Source: Trichomonas gallinae
Lineage: Eukaryota
Direction of reading: 5' to 3'
DNA length: 64,000 nucleotides
Assembly: GCA_008369845.1 (NCBI GenBank)
Contig: MRSU01009652.1
Coordinates: 1-64,000, forward strand
Shown: in pieces, positions 53,530-64,000 of the stretch
How the letters are laid out: the number at the start of each line of letters is the position of its first letter
Numbering within the stretch: the stretch's first letter is position 1
Position numbers and translations under genes: made by a program
Notes under the pieces: model-generated
The model's database searches: none
Told to the model about the DNA's origin: nothing
Seen by the model: only the letters and a program-made list of their open reading frames with translations

Positions 53530-55920
53530 TTAATTTTGATTGACGTAGCGTTTGGTCAATCTGATTGCATTTTGGATCTCAAATTCAGCTTTGTCGTATT
53601 TAACTTTCAATAGCAAATTATTAATTGCTGGGAATAACTCTTTGTGCTTAGCAGAGCTCAGGGCAACTCTCGCTATAAACTCAACATCCGAGTAATCCAT
53701 GGATGCGTCAATCTTGGAAAGAACCAACTGCGCGGCGTTCAAATCGATGCAGACAGAAACTAAAGCATCTTTCGCTAAGTCTTCGTTCTTCGTCATTGCG
53801 AAAATTTGGTCGATGACTTCTGGAGGACAAGCGACGCCATTCTTAGACATTGAAGAAATGGCAACTAATCCGTTATTGACGAATTGTGCGATTTTAGAAT
53901 TGAACAAAATCTTCAAAATTGGCGGAGAAATTCTTCTTGCATCTCCCAATGATATCAGACATCTTATGGCAGCACACATTAATGCTTTATCTTGATGGTT
54001 GACGTACATCACGCATTTATCGGCAACAGCAGCCCTGAGTGTATCTTTGGCGCCTGACTCAGCGACGACTTCCATGGCAACTTTAAGAATTTTTGGATTG
54101 CTGCAGTAAACAACGCAAAGGTCCGCGCATCCATTCTTGCACGCGGCGATGCATATATCGTTATCGTAATCTATGCTTCCTGACGGAATGATTTCTATAG
54201 CGTTGGCTAATGTCTGCGCTTGGCAGGATCCGCATGGCAGCATTCTCAAAACCTTCGCTGCCTGATTTTTGAGCTTCGTGTTCAAGAAGAAGCCGGCGAA
54301 TCTTCCGATAGTTGTAGGAGAAGCGCTTGGGAATTTCTCTAATGTCTCCCAGCACCTTGTCACCATGTCTTCTGGAATTCCACTGTCGAAACTGTCAATG
54401 ACTTTGTTCAAAGCTGCTTCATCTTTTTGAGCGGCTTTCAACTTCATTTCCAGTTCGATTTCTCTCTTGATTTCGTCTCCAATCACGCTGTGCACGTACT
54501 TCATGAACTCCTCTTCGTTGCATCCAGTGAGCATGGCTGGCACTGTATAAAATATTTTGACGATTTCATCGAAAGTCGGCCTTCTGTCAGGATTTCTGTT
54601 CCAGCACCTCTGTATCAACTCTCTCATCTCTGGGTTGATGCTGTCTGGCATTGGCGGTCTTATGTCATTGACCAACACCTGAGCAATGATCTGCGCTGGC
54701 TCAAGGTTGCTGTACGGCTGCTGTCCTGACGCTAGCTCCCATAAAACAATGCCGTAAGCGTAAACGTCAATCTTCGAGTTATAACTTTTAGATGGATCCA
54801 ATAATTCTGGCGCCATCCAATGCGGCGTGCCTATATTTTGAGTCATGCGTGTTCCATCTTTGTCTAGTCTCGAATACCCGAAATCTCCGATCTTAGCATG
54901 TCCGTATTTGTCGAGTAAAACGTTCAAAGATTTCAAGTCTCTGTGGATTATATATTTAGAGTGCAAATATTGCATGCCTCTAGCAATGTCGAAAGCTACA
55001 ATTGTTCTCTTAGTAGCATCGAGCTGCTTGTTCTTGTGTATCTCCCTGTAAAGAGAGTCGCAAGCCATCCATTCTGTAATTATACAAAAAGGTGCCGTTT
55101 CTGTTGCTCCAACGAACTTTAAGAGACATGGATGCTGTGTTGCAGCAAGGACTGATATTTCACGCTGGAATGTTTGTAATTTTGAGCCATTTAATTTTTT
55201 GAATTTTAATTTCTTAATTGCAACTTCTTCTCCTGTGGATTTATGCTTTCCATAGAAGACGTTAGATGAAATTCCTGAGCCTATTTCTTTAATCATTTCG
55301 AAATCGTTGAGATCGATTCTCCATTGTTGGTAAACGAAAGGAATTGGCGAAAATACGTGTATACTGTGTGGTTTCGATCCATCTTTGTACTCGTCAATAA
55401 ACTTGTTTAATGAAGCTAAGCGTTCTTCGATCATTTTGGCAACATTATCTTGTGTTGGCGTATTTTTGAGATAAATTGCGAAAGAAGCTGCAATTCCTTT
55501 TAGATCGAGCAAATGCAGTTGCAGCCATTGCGGCGATTCATTATCGATTGATTCTGCTGCATTCAGATCGAGAATTGAAGTATTTGCTTTTAATCTGTTG
55601 AATAATGTGTATATGTGTGTCGCAACTGCATTGCTTGGGTTTTCAATTGATGATTGAGCCCAGCAGTGGAGTTGATATTGGCAAAATAGTTTATGAAGCT
55701 CTCTAAAGTCTTGAATTATCTCATTATATGATACTATTTGCTCCTTTGTTAATATTTTGTCATCTTCTAATTCACAAAACGTATTAATAAAATCTCGAAT
55801 TTGATTAATTGAAAATTCGAATTTCTTTTTATGCACAGCAGCTTCTGAAGCTGATTGCTCAAGCTCTGTTAATATTCTTTTGAGCTCAGTTTTCAGTTGG
55901 CCGCATGTGATATCTTGCAT
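53530..55920 (-). CDS. TKL-group protein kinase with an N-terminal helical domain and C-terminal ARM/HEAT-like region
   Basis: IGSGISSNV, VAIKKL, HRDLKSLNVLL, DFG, GTPHWMAPE and DVYAYGIVLWEL. Confidence 0.95.
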   Translation of the reverse strand: MQDITCGQLKTELKRILTELEQSASEAAVHKKKFEFSINQIRDFINTFCELEDDKILTKEQIVSYNEIIQDFRELHKLFCQYQLHCWAQSSIENPSNAVATHIYTLFNRLKANTSILDLNAAESIDNESPQWLQLHLLDLKGIAASFAIYLKNTPTQDNVAKMIEERLASLNKFIDEYKDGSKPHSIHVFSPIPFVYQQWRIDLNDFEMIKEIGSGISSNVFYGKHKSTGEEVAIKKLKFKKLNGSKLQTFQREISVLAATQHPCLLKFVGATETAPFCIITEWMACDSLYREIHKNKQLDATKRTIVAFDIARGMQYLHSKYIIHRDLKSLNVLLDKYGHAKIGDFGYSRLDKDGTRMTQNIGTPHWMAPELLDPSKSYNSKIDVYAYGIVLWELASGQQPYSNLEPAQIIAQVLVNDIRPPMPDSINPEMRELIQRCWNRNPDRRPTFDEIVKIFYTVPAMLTGCNEEEFMKYVHSVIGDEIKREIELEMKLKAAQKDEAALNKVIDSFDSGIPEDMVTRCWETLEKFPSASPTTIGRFAGFFLNTKLKNQAAKVLRMLPCGSCQAQTLANAIEIIPSGSIDYDNDICIAACKNGCADLCVVYCSNPKILKVAMEVVAESGAKDTLRAAVADKCVMYVNHQDKALMCAAIRCLISLGDARRISPPILKILFNSKIAQFVNNGLVAISSMSKNGVACPPEVIDQIFAMTKNEDLAKDALVSVCIDLNAAQLVLSKIDASMDYSDVEFIARVALSSAKHKELFPAINNLLLKVKYDKAEFEIQNAIRLTKRYVNQN

Positions 55921-56405
55921 TTAAAAATAATGAGATTTATTGTTGAAAATATTGACTACTAAAGATAATCTACCCTTAATAACAAATGAAAGGAGATTTT
56001 ACAATTAACCTTAAAAGTGCGTCCGATAAAATAAATATAACAAATTTTGGGTTAATTTTTCTTCTTTTATAATGCCTCAGAGCGAATTTGCAATGAACCA
56101 TGCTAATATACTGGAAGGTTCTAATCTATTTTTATAGTTTAGAAGTTTTAACTACTGAATAAATTTTGATTGCTATTATTGTTTCAAATATTTATGCAAA
56201 CACTTAATATATTGTGCCAATAGACTCATTAAAACTATTTAATGACTTAGAACCTGAAATACTGTTAATATCGTGTCAATTTCAAATTTGATGTGAATAA
56301 TGATGACATCAAACATTTAATAGTGTTTATTAATTAAAAATTGAATGATTAAATATAATAATATGTTTATAATCTAATAATATCATAAAAACAAAAATAT
56401 AAAAA

Positions 56406-59400
56406 TTATAGTTCGACAAGATAAGTGAATAACTTGCCACCTTTGATCATAATCTCGCCTCTCTCTTTAATTTCGAAGCTCTGGCCGTAAATGAGTTCAT
56501 AGACTGGTCTAGAAATGTGAACTTTCATTGGAACGCCATGATGCTCCATTTCGTGGGCGATGTTGATTGCTGGGCCGAGGATTTCGAATGTTGGCTTCTC
56601 TGTTCCAATGACACCAGCAACAATTGGTCCTCCTGTGTTGATGCCAACACGGATTCTCAGTTTTTCATTTTCTTCAGCATTAACTTTATGAATAACGTGA
56701 ATTACGTCTTTTCCAAACTCAACCATTTCCTTAGTGTGAATGGCTGGCTGATTAACTTCATCGAAAATGCCACCGGCAGCCATGTAGCAGTCCCCGATGC
56801 ACTTGATCTTAGTGAGTGTCCTGTATTTAGAAAGCTGTGAGTCGAAATCTTTGAACAACAAATTCAGCATTCTCATGACATACTGTGCATCATGGGAGCC
56901 ACACCATGGTGTGAACTCTACGATGTCCAAGAACAAAACAGAGACTGACTGGACAGCGAATGAGATGTTCTTTTCTCCTGCTTGAACTCTTGAAACAAGA
57001 TTGGCTGGCAGAATTGATGCAAGCATTTTGTCGCTTTTTTTCTTCTCGTCAGCCATTAACTTCTCGTGCATAACATTCTGTGTCTGATCCTTGCCTGTGT
57101 AGATTCTCCTGTTACCAACATTTGTGACAGAGAATTCGATGTAAACTTTCTCCTTCTTATCGTTGACATAAACAAGTGTCATTGTCTTTGTCAAAACCTT
57201 TTCTATGTTTTTGTTGCCTTTGAATCTTCCGCTTGTGAAGAAATCGATGACTTTTGTGTTTGCGATTTCTTCATTAGAAATTCCGAACATCTTCTCGAAT
57301 GATGCATTGACTGTGATGATCTTGCTTGTTTCATCTTGAACGACAATGAAAATATCATTGAGTTTGTTGACGACGGCATTTGCATATGAGATGAATTTCT
57401 CGGAAAGATTCTCTTCGTCTTTTGTATAAACTCCACTCAACAAAGACATGATGTTCTGGCGCTGGAGGAGAATAGAAGTTGGGCATCTGAGGAATTGATC
57501 GATGGTGAACATGATGATGTTTTTCTCTGATTTGATGAGATAGATTGTGATGAACAAAATAATGAAATTGACGACAACAAATATAATGAAGTCAATTGAG
57601 ATTGCTTCTCCATAATTGGAAATTGTTTCAGAAATCTTTGGAAGGATTGATGCACCAACTGGAGAGAAAAGAGCCTGCTGGAGTTCAAATGGACCGACAA
57701 GGAAAAGTTCTGTGACTGGATCTGTCTTTGGATTTGGATAAATTCCATGTTTGATGTTGTAAATGAATCTTGATAACATTGTAACAACAACACCGAATTG
57801 TCCTGACACAGAGAAGCATCTTGTTGAGTCAGAAAGCTTTGTTGGTGGCTCAAGTGGATCATCGCATGTAATTGTCTTTGATGCCTGTTCTGTAGCTTGG
57901 ACCATTCCAAGGAATGGGTACTGCTTCTGTCCCTGTGCGCCGAAGATGATGGAGTTGTAGTATGATTTGACATAAGGGAAGATGCCTTCCATCAAAGTCA
58001 TTTCTTCTTTGATGGAAACTGTCATTTTCTCAAATGCTGGGCCTCTTGTCTTGATGACAATGTTGTTAAGTCTTCCGACAGTAGTGAAGAGGAAAGAGAT
58101 GCAGCCATACAAGTAATTGATGTGATGGCAGTTGTCGAAAACACTCTGGCCAGCCTGCATCAAAGCTTCATAAGTCAAGAAGAAGCAGGTGAGAGATGAA
58201 ATGATAATAGCTACGAAACAAGCGAGAATCTTCTTTTGTGATGATGATGCAACACCATCAGAAACACTTGTGAAGATCTTGATGATTGACTCTTCCTGTC
58301 TGTTTACTTCGTTTTCTTGTCCTGAAATAGACAAAAGCATTGAAGAAGAATTGTTTCCTTTGCTGATTTTGTTGAATGATGATGAAATCATTGAAAGTGT
58401 TGCTTTAGGAATATCGGACATGGCCTTTAAGATCATAGCCTTGTTCTGGTTGAGCTTCCTGCTCTGAAGGAAATATATTAACAAGAAGAAGAAAAAGTTC
58501 AAGAACGCAAAGCTGCCAATAATAACAGAGAAAATGATATCATATGTTTCGTGTTCATCGCGAAGATGATCAACTAACAGATTCATGCCAGTACTGAATG
58601 CAATTGTAGCTGCTCTGTAGTTGTATCTAGCTGTAATTGAATCAACACTAGCAGCTGATACCAAGTCAAGATTCGAGTTCTCCAAAAGTTTTCCAACATT
58701 TGCAGCCAACATGAATGGAATCTGATCGGCGGAAACGGAAATGTTGAGGTAATAAGAGTTGTTCAAATACAACTTGTAAACGAGATTGGATTCGAAAAGT
58801 GCTGTTCTGATTCTTTCAATGTGTTCATCACCATGTCTGAATGATCTCAATCCTGTCATCATTGAGTTAACGACACCGACATTTCTTGTGTAATAATCAA
58901 GGACCGGACGAGCGAGAATGTTCCCACCGAAAGCTGATGTTGGAAATCCGTCGATTGGATCGAGTGGTGGAACTAAAGGTACAGCTCTATTTTCAGGATC
59001 CTCCAATTCAATCAAAAGCAATCTGGTGACGAATGTTGGAATCATGTTGCAAATGTTTCTTGTGTATGCAATGCCCTGCATGTATCTAAGTGGTTCGAGT
59101 TGGCTTTCAGCCCACAATGGGAAGAAAACTCTGATGATTATCATTGGGAGCATGAACAAGAAGATGAACGTGATGATTGTTGTTGTATACATGTACCTGA
59201 TTGCTGGAATCTTGTGTTTCTCGATGAGCCTTGAGATTGATTCGATTTGCTCGAGTTCAAAGTTGTCGCATTCCGCTTCATCTACGAATAAAGGCTCTGT
59301 ATCTGGATTTGTCGCTGTCTGGTTGTTGTTATCGAACTCAGAGATTGTTTCTGGAATGTGCGGGAAAGCAGCAATTCCTAATTCGAAAACCGTATCCTCG

Positions 59401-61064
59401 CAAATCTTAAGGCCACGTTGAAGCTTGGCAATGTCGTCTCTTGTTCTCTTGTAGCCGATCAAGTCTCCCTTGATTTCATGCAAGAACAATGAATACTGCT
59501 TGAGAGCGAATCTGTTGTTAGGGAATAAAGTCTTGAGATAGATAACTTCACTCTCTGCTTCCTTGACTGCATCATAAGCGGCTTTGATTGGCTCGCCGAT
59601 GTCATTTGTTGAGCCCTGGAGAATCAAGTCCCAGATGTTTCTCAGTTTGTTCTTAGCCTTGCTGAATGTTTTCTGGAGCTTTGTGATCCTGTTTCTGAGC
59701 TGTGGAGTGTATTTTGTTTCTCTTGTGTTGATGATTTGGTTGATGTTGTCTGTGATGACTTTTAGAGCAGCATTGTTTTTGTCTCTTGTCTGGTGAACGT
59801 TGTTGATGATGAACAACAAGTTCTTAGTGTTCTCTGGGTAAATGGCCGAGAATTTGGCGTAAATTCCCCAGATTGAGATATCATCCCTAAAATAGTCGAC
59901 GGCGAGTTTGAAGATAGTGAAATTCAAGCAAACTGGATGGCAGTAGTTGAATCCTGTGACAATGATCTGCTTGAACTTTCCTGTGCTCTTGATGAAAGAA
60001 ATATCCTTCATTTCGTCGATTTGGTCCAAAATCAACAAATCCTGCTTGACTCTTTGGTGGATGATGAAATAGGCAATGCCGAATGAAGCAAAAGCAACGC
60101 ATGGGAAGGCAACGAAATACCAGTCGCCCATTTCGACGTCTGGGTGGTAGGCTGGATAAACATTACCTGCACCAACGAAGATGCCCAAAATTGCAGAGCC
60201 GAGGATCATGATTTGGTGACTGTTCCTGATGAATGTTCCGCAGTTGAAAACAGTTGTGATGTTATAAGCGTAGATAATGAATGTCGCGCAGGTCATTGCC
60301 GTTGATGGATACTCAGGGAGATCAGTTGAAAGAGCAGAAACAAAAGTAACCAATAATGTTGTGACAAGAATTTTGTTCTGCGGGGCTCCTTCGAGTGTCT
60401 GGAATGAGCATGGACGGAAAACAATTGTTTGTGTATATGATTTGATCAAAATCCATGCGTAAAAGATAATCAGTAAAATTGTTGTGATGTTGACGGCCAA
60501 TTCTCTTGCCTCTGTTGGATGTCCTAAGCCCCAATCAGCGGAAAGCATCTGGCCTGAGTATTGGACGCAGATCGGGAGTATGACGAAGGGACCAACAGCG
60601 ATAAACAAAGTCAATATCTTTACTGATATCATTGGCACCTTAGATGTTGATTTGTACATGAAAGCAGTGATAACTAGGTATATCCCAAAGAAGATCAAAA
60701 TTGTGTCTAATACCAAGAGAATAATTACTTCATTCTCATCTCTATTGTTTACTGGGACAATATGGAACAAAATCGATATGATACTCATCACTTCTTGCGT
60801 GAAAGTTCCCGGAGTGAAAACAGATTTCTTGGCTGCCATAACGGAACCACCGATAATCTGCAAGAATCTCATAATAGTGATGATGTTGTAGACAAGTGGC
60901 ATCTTAGGAGCGTAAATATCAAAGTAATTGAATAACGAAATCAGTGCACCAATAAGTTTCGAGTGGAAAGGGACATCAATGAGCTTCTCAATCCTAGCAG
61001 AGCTGACACTCAATGAGTTGGAGTCAGCAAATTGCGCAGTTGTAGTGGTCTGTTGCTCCTCCAT
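56406..61064 (-). CDS. Multi-pass transmembrane adenylyl cyclase with a PAS-like domain (class III)
   Basis: Many TM segments, a PAS-like IITVNASFEKMFG, SDKMLASILP, VLFLDIVEFT, KIKCIGDCYMA and RVGINTGGPIVAGVIG. A TCATT initiator between ATG 61082 and ATG 61064 favours the latter start. Confidence 0.95.
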   Translation of the reverse strand: MEEQQTTTTAQFADSNSLSVSSARIEKLIDVPFHSKLIGALISLFNYFDIYAPKMPLVYNIITIMRFLQIIGGSVMAAKKSVFTPGTFTQEVMSIISILFHIVPVNNRDENEVIILLVLDTILIFFGIYLVITAFMYKSTSKVPMISVKILTLFIAVGPFVILPICVQYSGQMLSADWGLGHPTEARELAVNITTILLIIFYAWILIKSYTQTIVFRPCSFQTLEGAPQNKILVTTLLVTFVSALSTDLPEYPSTAMTCATFIIYAYNITTVFNCGTFIRNSHQIMILGSAILGIFVGAGNVYPAYHPDVEMGDWYFVAFPCVAFASFGIAYFIIHQRVKQDLLILDQIDEMKDISFIKSTGKFKQIIVTGFNYCHPVCLNFTIFKLAVDYFRDDISIWGIYAKFSAIYPENTKNLLFIINNVHQTRDKNNAALKVITDNINQIINTRETKYTPQLRNRITKLQKTFSKAKNKLRNIWDLILQGSTNDIGEPIKAAYDAVKEAESEVIYLKTLFPNNRFALKQYSLFLHEIKGDLIGYKRTRDDIAKLQRGLKICEDTVFELGIAAFPHIPETISEFDNNNQTATNPDTEPLFVDEAECDNFELEQIESISRLIEKHKIPAIRYMYTTTIITFIFLFMLPMIIIRVFFPLWAESQLEPLRYMQGIAYTRNICNMIPTFVTRLLLIELEDPENRAVPLVPPLDPIDGFPTSAFGGNILARPVLDYYTRNVGVVNSMMTGLRSFRHGDEHIERIRTALFESNLVYKLYLNNSYYLNISVSADQIPFMLAANVGKLLENSNLDLVSAASVDSITARYNYRAATIAFSTGMNLLVDHLRDEHETYDIIFSVIIGSFAFLNFFFFLLIYFLQSRKLNQNKAMILKAMSDIPKATLSMISSSFNKISKGNNSSSMLLSISGQENEVNRQEESIIKIFTSVSDGVASSSQKKILACFVAIIISSLTCFFLTYEALMQAGQSVFDNCHHINYLYGCISFLFTTVGRLNNIVIKTRGPAFEKMTVSIKEEMTLMEGIFPYVKSYYNSIIFGAQGQKQYPFLGMVQATEQASKTITCDDPLEPPTKLSDSTRCFSVSGQFGVVVTMLSRFIYNIKHGIYPNPKTDPVTELFLVGPFELQQALFSPVGASILPKISETISNYGEAISIDFIIFVVVNFIILFITIYLIKSEKNIIMFTIDQFLRCPTSILLQRQNIMSLLSGVYTKDEENLSEKFISYANAVVNKLNDIFIVVQDETSKIITVNASFEKMFGISNEEIANTKVIDFFTSGRFKGNKNIEKVLTKTMTLVYVNDKKEKVYIEFSVTNVGNRRIYTGKDQTQNVMHEKLMADEKKKSDKMLASILPANLVSRVQAGEKNISFAVQSVSVLFLDIVEFTPWCGSHDAQYVMRMLNLLFKDFDSQLSKYRTLTKIKCIGDCYMAAGGIFDEVNQPAIHTKEMVEFGKDVIHVIHKVNAEENEKLRIRVGINTGGPIVAGVIGTEKPTFEILGPAINIAHEMEHHGVPMKVHISRPVYELIYGQSFEIKERGEIMIKGGKLFTYLVEL

Positions 61065-62566
61065 GACGAATGAAATATTCATCTCAATATTTTTTCCTCT
61101 TTTCTCTCAAAGAACGTTCCTCAGAAAAAATGTTTGATATTTTGATCCATTTAGATAGTAGATTAATATTTGAAAGTTTTGGTTTTTAAATTCAAAATGT
61201 GGGAAAAGTGAATTTTATTGAAGATTTGGATACTTTATTGAAATGTAACCATTAAAACTCAAAAATCTAAAAAAAAACGCAATTTTTGCATTACTTTAGA
61301 TTCGTATACTATCCAATCTCCTGATCCTGTCATAAATATTTATCAGAAACCTTTTGATAAGTACACAAATTTCATCCATTCAATTTATTGCTCATTTTAA
61401 AATTATGAAGAATTTATGGATAGACCGGTTCTTATCATTTTAGCGAAGTTTCAGTAAAAACTATTTTCAATAAATTTTTTTTTTTACATGTTGATTTCCT
61501 GGTTTAAGATAATCCTTTAAAATGGTAGTGTAAGGCCATTCATCTGATGATGTGACTATAGTTTTTTTATATCTTATTTTTAATTCTCTCCAACTGGGTA
61601 ATACAATAATCGATCTAACCTTCTAACGTAGATAGTAAAATTTCAGAGGTGATAGACTCAATTCTATGAATAAAATTCTAAATTTGAGAAAAATTTCCGG
61701 TTTCTTTTTTCAGAATCATCATCTACACAAACTGTCGGTTCTTTATCTAAAATATCCCGTACGGTATTGTTAGCACGGTATATCGGAAGTTAGCTCATTT
61801 CGTTATAGTTTTTCAATGGAATAATTTCATTTTGTATCGTTACATTCATTAATTAGAATATGCTAATTAATAACCAAACAATGGTTTTATTAAATCATGT
61901 TTCTATGGTTTCTGTGAAAATTAATTTTACTGAGAATAGCCTTCCCCAACTTTATTATTGATTTCCTTCCAAATAAAAACGTTACACTCTGAATTTTTGT
62001 TGTATTATTTTCAATCACGGTTCAGTGATCGATAACTTGGTGAATAAATCATATCATGAAGTCTAATAATCACTTTAATAGCTGTTCTAAGAAGAACTCC
62101 GTCCTAAGACACATTTGGCAAAATCTTGGATTTGATTTGATCACATAGTGGATTATTCACCTGAACAATGCTATACTATGTCAGTATAATTGGAATTTAG
62201 TGTAAAAAATGTAGTTTATGGATAGAATCACCTGCCAAATTAGAATTTAAACTCAACAGCCCATATTCTTAAACCAATGCCCTTCATTAGTATAATAATA
62301 TGTGTTAGCATGTTATATAATTCCAAACGTATGAATAAATTTTGATTCAATTAAATTTTCTCATCTGAGAGCTAACTAATCAATATTTAGTATTCATTGC
62401 TTATTTTCATCTATTATATTAATGTTATGCCTCATAAAATTGATTTGTTTAGATTCCATAAAAATAATTTTTTTGCAATCAATATTTTTTATTACATCAT
62501 TTGGTGAGAAATGAACTGGGAAAGATATTATATAAATTATTTGATTTATTGCCAAAAATAAAAAAA

Positions 62567-64000
62567 TTACAACTGGTCGAGACCGAAGGTGGAAACTTGT
62601 GACTTTCTGATACGTGATCTGAGCTGAGCTGCTGTTCCATAGTTCGTGGTGTTAGTATTGATTGTGTCGTATCTGACGGTGTCGAATGAAACAACTGGTG
62701 GCTCGAACGCGTAACCTGTTGGGTTGTCTGTATCTGGATAGAGACCGATCTTGACTTCTTCTGGCTGCGAGACAGGAACAATGATCTCTTCTTCAGGTTC
62801 TGCTGGCTTCAGTGGCTCAATTGTTTCTTGAATGATTGGTTTCTCCTCTTGCTTCTCTTGACGAACTTCGTTAGCAAAGATGTGTGTTCTCTCTCTGACC
62901 AGGATTCTGTTCAATGGTGTATCGCGTGAGTTCCACCATGCGTTGATTGCGATGATTGGGATTGTAGCCAAAACAGTAGCACCGACTACGGAGAACCAGA
63001 AGAGGGAAGATCCGAATGTTGGAACAGAAAGGCCTCTAATTTCTGTCGCGACTCCCAAGTAGTCCAAAACGATGACAACAAGAGGATAGATGATGGCTGA
63101 GCCCCAGATGAAGAAGTGCTCCATCCACGTCCAGTATGAAGACATCGTAGCGATCTTGAAGTTGACAACGAACACAACACAGCCGTAAACAGTGATGCCG
63201 AATGCGCCATAGCCGAGAGATCTGCCAGATGCGTCAACGAATGGACGCATGCCAAAGTAAGGAATGAAGAAGCAGCAAAGGGCGTGCAAAACACCGATAA
63301 ACAAAGCCTCCCAGTACTTCCAGTATGAAACCATCTCCTTGCGCTTTCCGTCCCACTTGTAGAGCTCCGGCTCTCTCATGCACGTTCTGATAGAAACATC
63401 TCTCTCGAGGCCTGCATAGACGACTGGTGGAGCTGATGTGAAGATGACGTTGAAAATTGAGATAAGCATGGAATCATAGAGTGTCAAAGAAGAGAAATCG
63501 CAGAAGAAGCCGAACAAGAACTGACAGAGTGAGCAGCACATGTTCTTGTAGAATGAATAGTTAATCAGATCAACATTGCGCTTGAAGTTCAATCTGCCGT
63601 GGACGAGCAACAATCTCTTCAAGAACCTGAACTGTGCGAATGAGTAATCTGATGCGAGAACGGCCTGCATACCTTCCTGGCCTGAAATACCGACACCGAT
63701 ATCTGCCTTGAGGATCATACCGACATCATTGGCACCATCACCGATAGCTAATGTCAAAGCGCCTGTGAGATCTCTGACCATTTCGACGACGTTAGCCTTC
63801 TGCTTCGGGGAAACTCTGCAGCAGACGACTGACTGGCATCTCTGAGAGAACTGGAAGAAGAGCTCCTTGAGACCTTTCTCTGGGTCCAACGCGTGGTTGA
63901 GGCTTGTTCCGGATGCTACCAAAGCAACCTGTCCTTGTTCCTGCATGCCGCGCTCGAGTTCCTGTCTGATCTCGTTGACATCGTTTGTATCTAAGATGAC
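62567..64000 (-). CDS. P4-ATPase phospholipid flippase, C-terminal part (5' end outside the window)
   Basis: VVCCRVSPKQKA, TLAIGDGANDVGMI, EGMQAVLASDYSFAQFRFLKRLLLVHG and YSFYKN. Confidence 0.97.
   Translation of the reverse strand, partial: VILDTNDVNEIRQELERGMQEQGQVALVASGTSLNHALDPEKGLKELFFQFSQRCQSVVCCRVSPKQKANVVEMVRDLTGALTLAIGDGANDVGMILKADIGVGISGQEGMQAVLASDYSFAQFRFLKRLLLVHGRLNFKRNVDLINYSFYKNMCCSLCQFLFGFFCDFSSLTLYDSMLISIFNVIFTSAPPVVYAGLERDVSIRTCMREPELYKWDGKRKEMVSYWKYWEALFIGVLHALCCFFIPYFGMRPFVDASGRSLGYGAFGITVYGCVVFVVNFKIATMSSYWTWMEHFFIWGSAIIYPLVVIVLDYLGVATEIRGLSVPTFGSSLFWFSVVGATVLATIPIIAINAWWNSRDTPLNRILVRERTHIFANEVRQEKQEEKPIIQETIEPLKPAEPEEEIIVPVSQPEEVKIGLYPDTDNPTGYAFEPPVVSFDTVRYDTINTNTTNYGTAAQLRSRIRKSQVSTFGLDQL

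Noticed and set aside
61140..62490. Possible decayed coding sequence in long gaps (also about 14860-15300, 18460-18790 and 20800-21220)
   Set aside because: Some patches look coding-like, but I could not assemble a recognisable protein. BLASTX would be needed.
1..64000. tRNA, rRNA and snRNA genes, spliceosomal introns and autonomous transposons
   Set aside because: I recognised no tRNA boxes, rRNA or snRNA signatures, ACTAACACACAG-type intron ends, transposase or integrase ORFs. A manual scan cannot fully exclude short elements.

Overview
AT-rich, apparently intron-less eukaryotic protist DNA with about 24 genes and pseudogenes. Gene content points to a trichomonad (Trichomonas-like): an IBD-domain factor, BspA-like LRR, transmembrane adenylyl cyclase, TKL kinase, a CCTTT element before RPS8, and TCAYT initiators. 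This assignment is inferred. Recognisable genes include RSPH9, CWC15, RPS8, MyTH4-RhoGAP, ArfGAP, a CBL-type calcium sensor, a Sel1-repeat protein, a GT61-like glycosyltransferase and a P4-ATPase cut by the window edge. There are four main observations. (1) A 2195-aa coiled-coil protein has Gly hinge motifs at an exact 278-residue super-period (about 41 nm), close to the ~42-nm striation of the trichomonad costa and parabasal fibres. (2) A 10-bp motif TTACRYGNCA forms arrays, often phased at ~20-21 bp, and was seen only in 5' or divergent intergenic regions. (3) A ~3400-aa dynein-heavy-chain-like protein has no recognisable P-loop. (4) A TKL kinase has an MLKL-like N-terminal helical domain. 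All calls come from reading the sequence by eye; no database searches were run.
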